64,000 bases of DNA, from the NCBI GenBank assembly GCA_040954595.2, contig CM082587.2, positions 3,797,993 through 3,861,992 of the forward strand. The letters are read 5' to 3'. The notes beneath the pieces are model-generated. The model had not been told where the DNA came from. It saw only the letters and a list, made by a program, of their open reading frames with translations, and searched no databases. Made by a program: the position numbers and the translations under genes. This DNA is from Balanoglossus misakiensis. Its lineage: Eukaryota; Animalia; Hemichordata. Positions 62,401-64,000 of the stretch are shown here, piece after piece; the first letter of the stretch is position 1; each line of letters begins with the position of its first letter.

Positions 62401-64000
62401 GATAAAAACCATGGGTTATAGCTCATGAAAATCATCCAGAAATGTCAATTTTTCGACTTCGCGAAATTTCAAAATTTGGTGGTTTTTGGATAAAAACCAT
62501 GGGTTATAGCTCATGAAAATCATCCAGAAATGTCAATTTTTCGACTTCGCGAAATTTCAAAATTTGGTGGTTTTTGGATAAAAACCATGGGTTATAGCTC
62601 ATGAAAATCATCCAGAAATGTCAATTTTTCGACTTCGCGAAATTTCAAAATTTGGTGGTTTTTGGATAAAAACCATGGGTTATAGCTCATGAAAATCATC
62701 CAGAAATGTCAATTTTTCGACTTCGCGAAATTTCAAAATTTGGTGGTTTTTGGATAAAAACCATGGGTTATAGCTCATGAAAATCATCCAGAAATGTCAA
62801 TTTTTCGACTTCGCGAAATTTCAAAATTTGGTGGTTTTTGGATAAAAACCATGGGTTATAGCTCATGAAAATCATCCAGAAATGTCAATTTTTCGACTTC
62901 GCGAAATTTCAAAATTTGGTGGTTTTTGGATAAAAACCATGGGTTATAGCTCATGAAAATCATCCAGAAATGTCAATTTTTCGACTTCGCGAAATTTCAA
63001 AATTTGGTGGTTTTTGGATAAAAACCATGGGTTATAGCTCATGAAAATCATCCAGAAATGTCAATTTTTCGACTTCGCGAAATTTCAAAATTTGGTGGTT
63101 TTTGGATAAAAACCATGGGTTATAGCTCATGAAAATCATCCAGAAATGTCAATTTTTCGACTTCGCGAAATTTCAAAATTTGGTGGTTTTTGGATAAAAA
63201 CCATGGGTTATAGCTCATGAAAATCATCCAGAAATGTCAATTTTTCGACTTCGCGAAATTTCAAAATTTGGTGGTTTTTGGATAAAAACCATGGGTTATA
63301 GCTCATGAAAATCATCCAGAAATGTCAATTTTTCGACTTCGCGAAATTTCAAAATTTGGTGGTTTTTGGATAAAAACCATGGGTTATAGCTCATGAAAAT
63401 CATCCAGAAATGTCAATTTTTCGACTTCGCGAAATTTCAAAATTTGGTGGTTTTTGGATAAAAACCATGGGTTATAGCTCATGAAAATCATCCAGAAATG
63501 TCAATTTTTCGACTTCGCGAAATTTCAAAATTTGGTGGTTTTTGGATAAAAACCATGGGTTATAGCTCATGAAAATCATCCAGAAATGTCAATTTTTCGA
63601 CTTCGCGAAATTTCAAAATTTGGTGGTTTTTGGATAAAAACCATGGGTTATAGCTCATGAAAATCATCCAGAAATGTCAATTTTTCGACTTCGCGAAATT
63701 TCAAAATTTGGTGGTTTTTGGATAAAAACCATGGGTTATAGCTCATGAAAATCATCCAGAAATGTCAATTTTTCGACTTCGCGAAATTTCAAAATTTGGT
63801 GGTTTTTGGATAAAAACCATGGGTTATAGCTCATGAAAATCATCCAGAAATGTCTTTCGACTTCGCGAAATTTCAAAATTTGGTGGTTTTTGGATAAAAA
63901 CCATGGGTTATAGCTCATGAAAATCATCCAGAAATGTCAATTTTTCGACTTCGCGAAATTTCAAAATTTGGTGGTTTTTGGATAAAAACCATGGGTTATA
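59468..64000 (-). repeat. Same 88-bp satellite in reverse-complement orientation (~51 monomers, continues past the window end)
   Basis: Unit CGAAATTTCAAAATTTGGTGGTTTTTGGATAAAAACCATGGGTTATAGCTCATGAAAATCATCCAGAAATGTCAATTTTTCGACTTCG is the exact reverse complement of the forward monomer. Confidence 0.98.

Noticed and set aside
44941-64000. CRISPR array or repeat-encoded protein
   Set aside because: Monomers abut with no unique spacers, there are no cas genes and the context is eukaryotic. 88 is not a multiple of 3 and stop codons recur. ORFs 44906..45088 and 63736..63927 are chance translations of the degenerate edge and of a 4-bp deletion near 63855.

Overview
Eukaryotic (metazoan, probably marine invertebrate) genomic DNA in two sharply different halves. 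Bases 1-44.9 kb are gene-dense and carry seven spliced protein-coding genes that I reconstructed exon by exon from splice sites and reading-frame phase: OGG1 (-), an LRRIQ3-like LRR/IQ gene (+) head-to-head with OGG1, a C11orf98-like small basic protein (+), a complete 6-exon AGPAT1/2-type LPA acyltransferase (-) nested antisense in the ~8-kb first coding intron of that C11orf98-like gene, a two-pore-domain K+ channel (+), an NCS-1/frequenin calcium sensor (+), and a UDP-glycosyltransferase (+) with both catalytic-dyad residues substituted. About 170 bp after the UGT stop codon an uninterrupted, highly homogeneous 88-bp AT-rich satellite begins and runs to the window end (~19 kb, ~216 monomers). 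It contains 24-mer, 21-mer and ~11-mer higher-order duplications and a spacer-less strand inversion at ~59467, which suggests a (peri)centromeric array. Small TTAA-flanked MITEs, a tRNA-derived SINE head, a LINE tail, P-element-like footprints and microsatellites lie in introns and intergenic DNA. All homology calls come from recalled family motifs; no database search was run.
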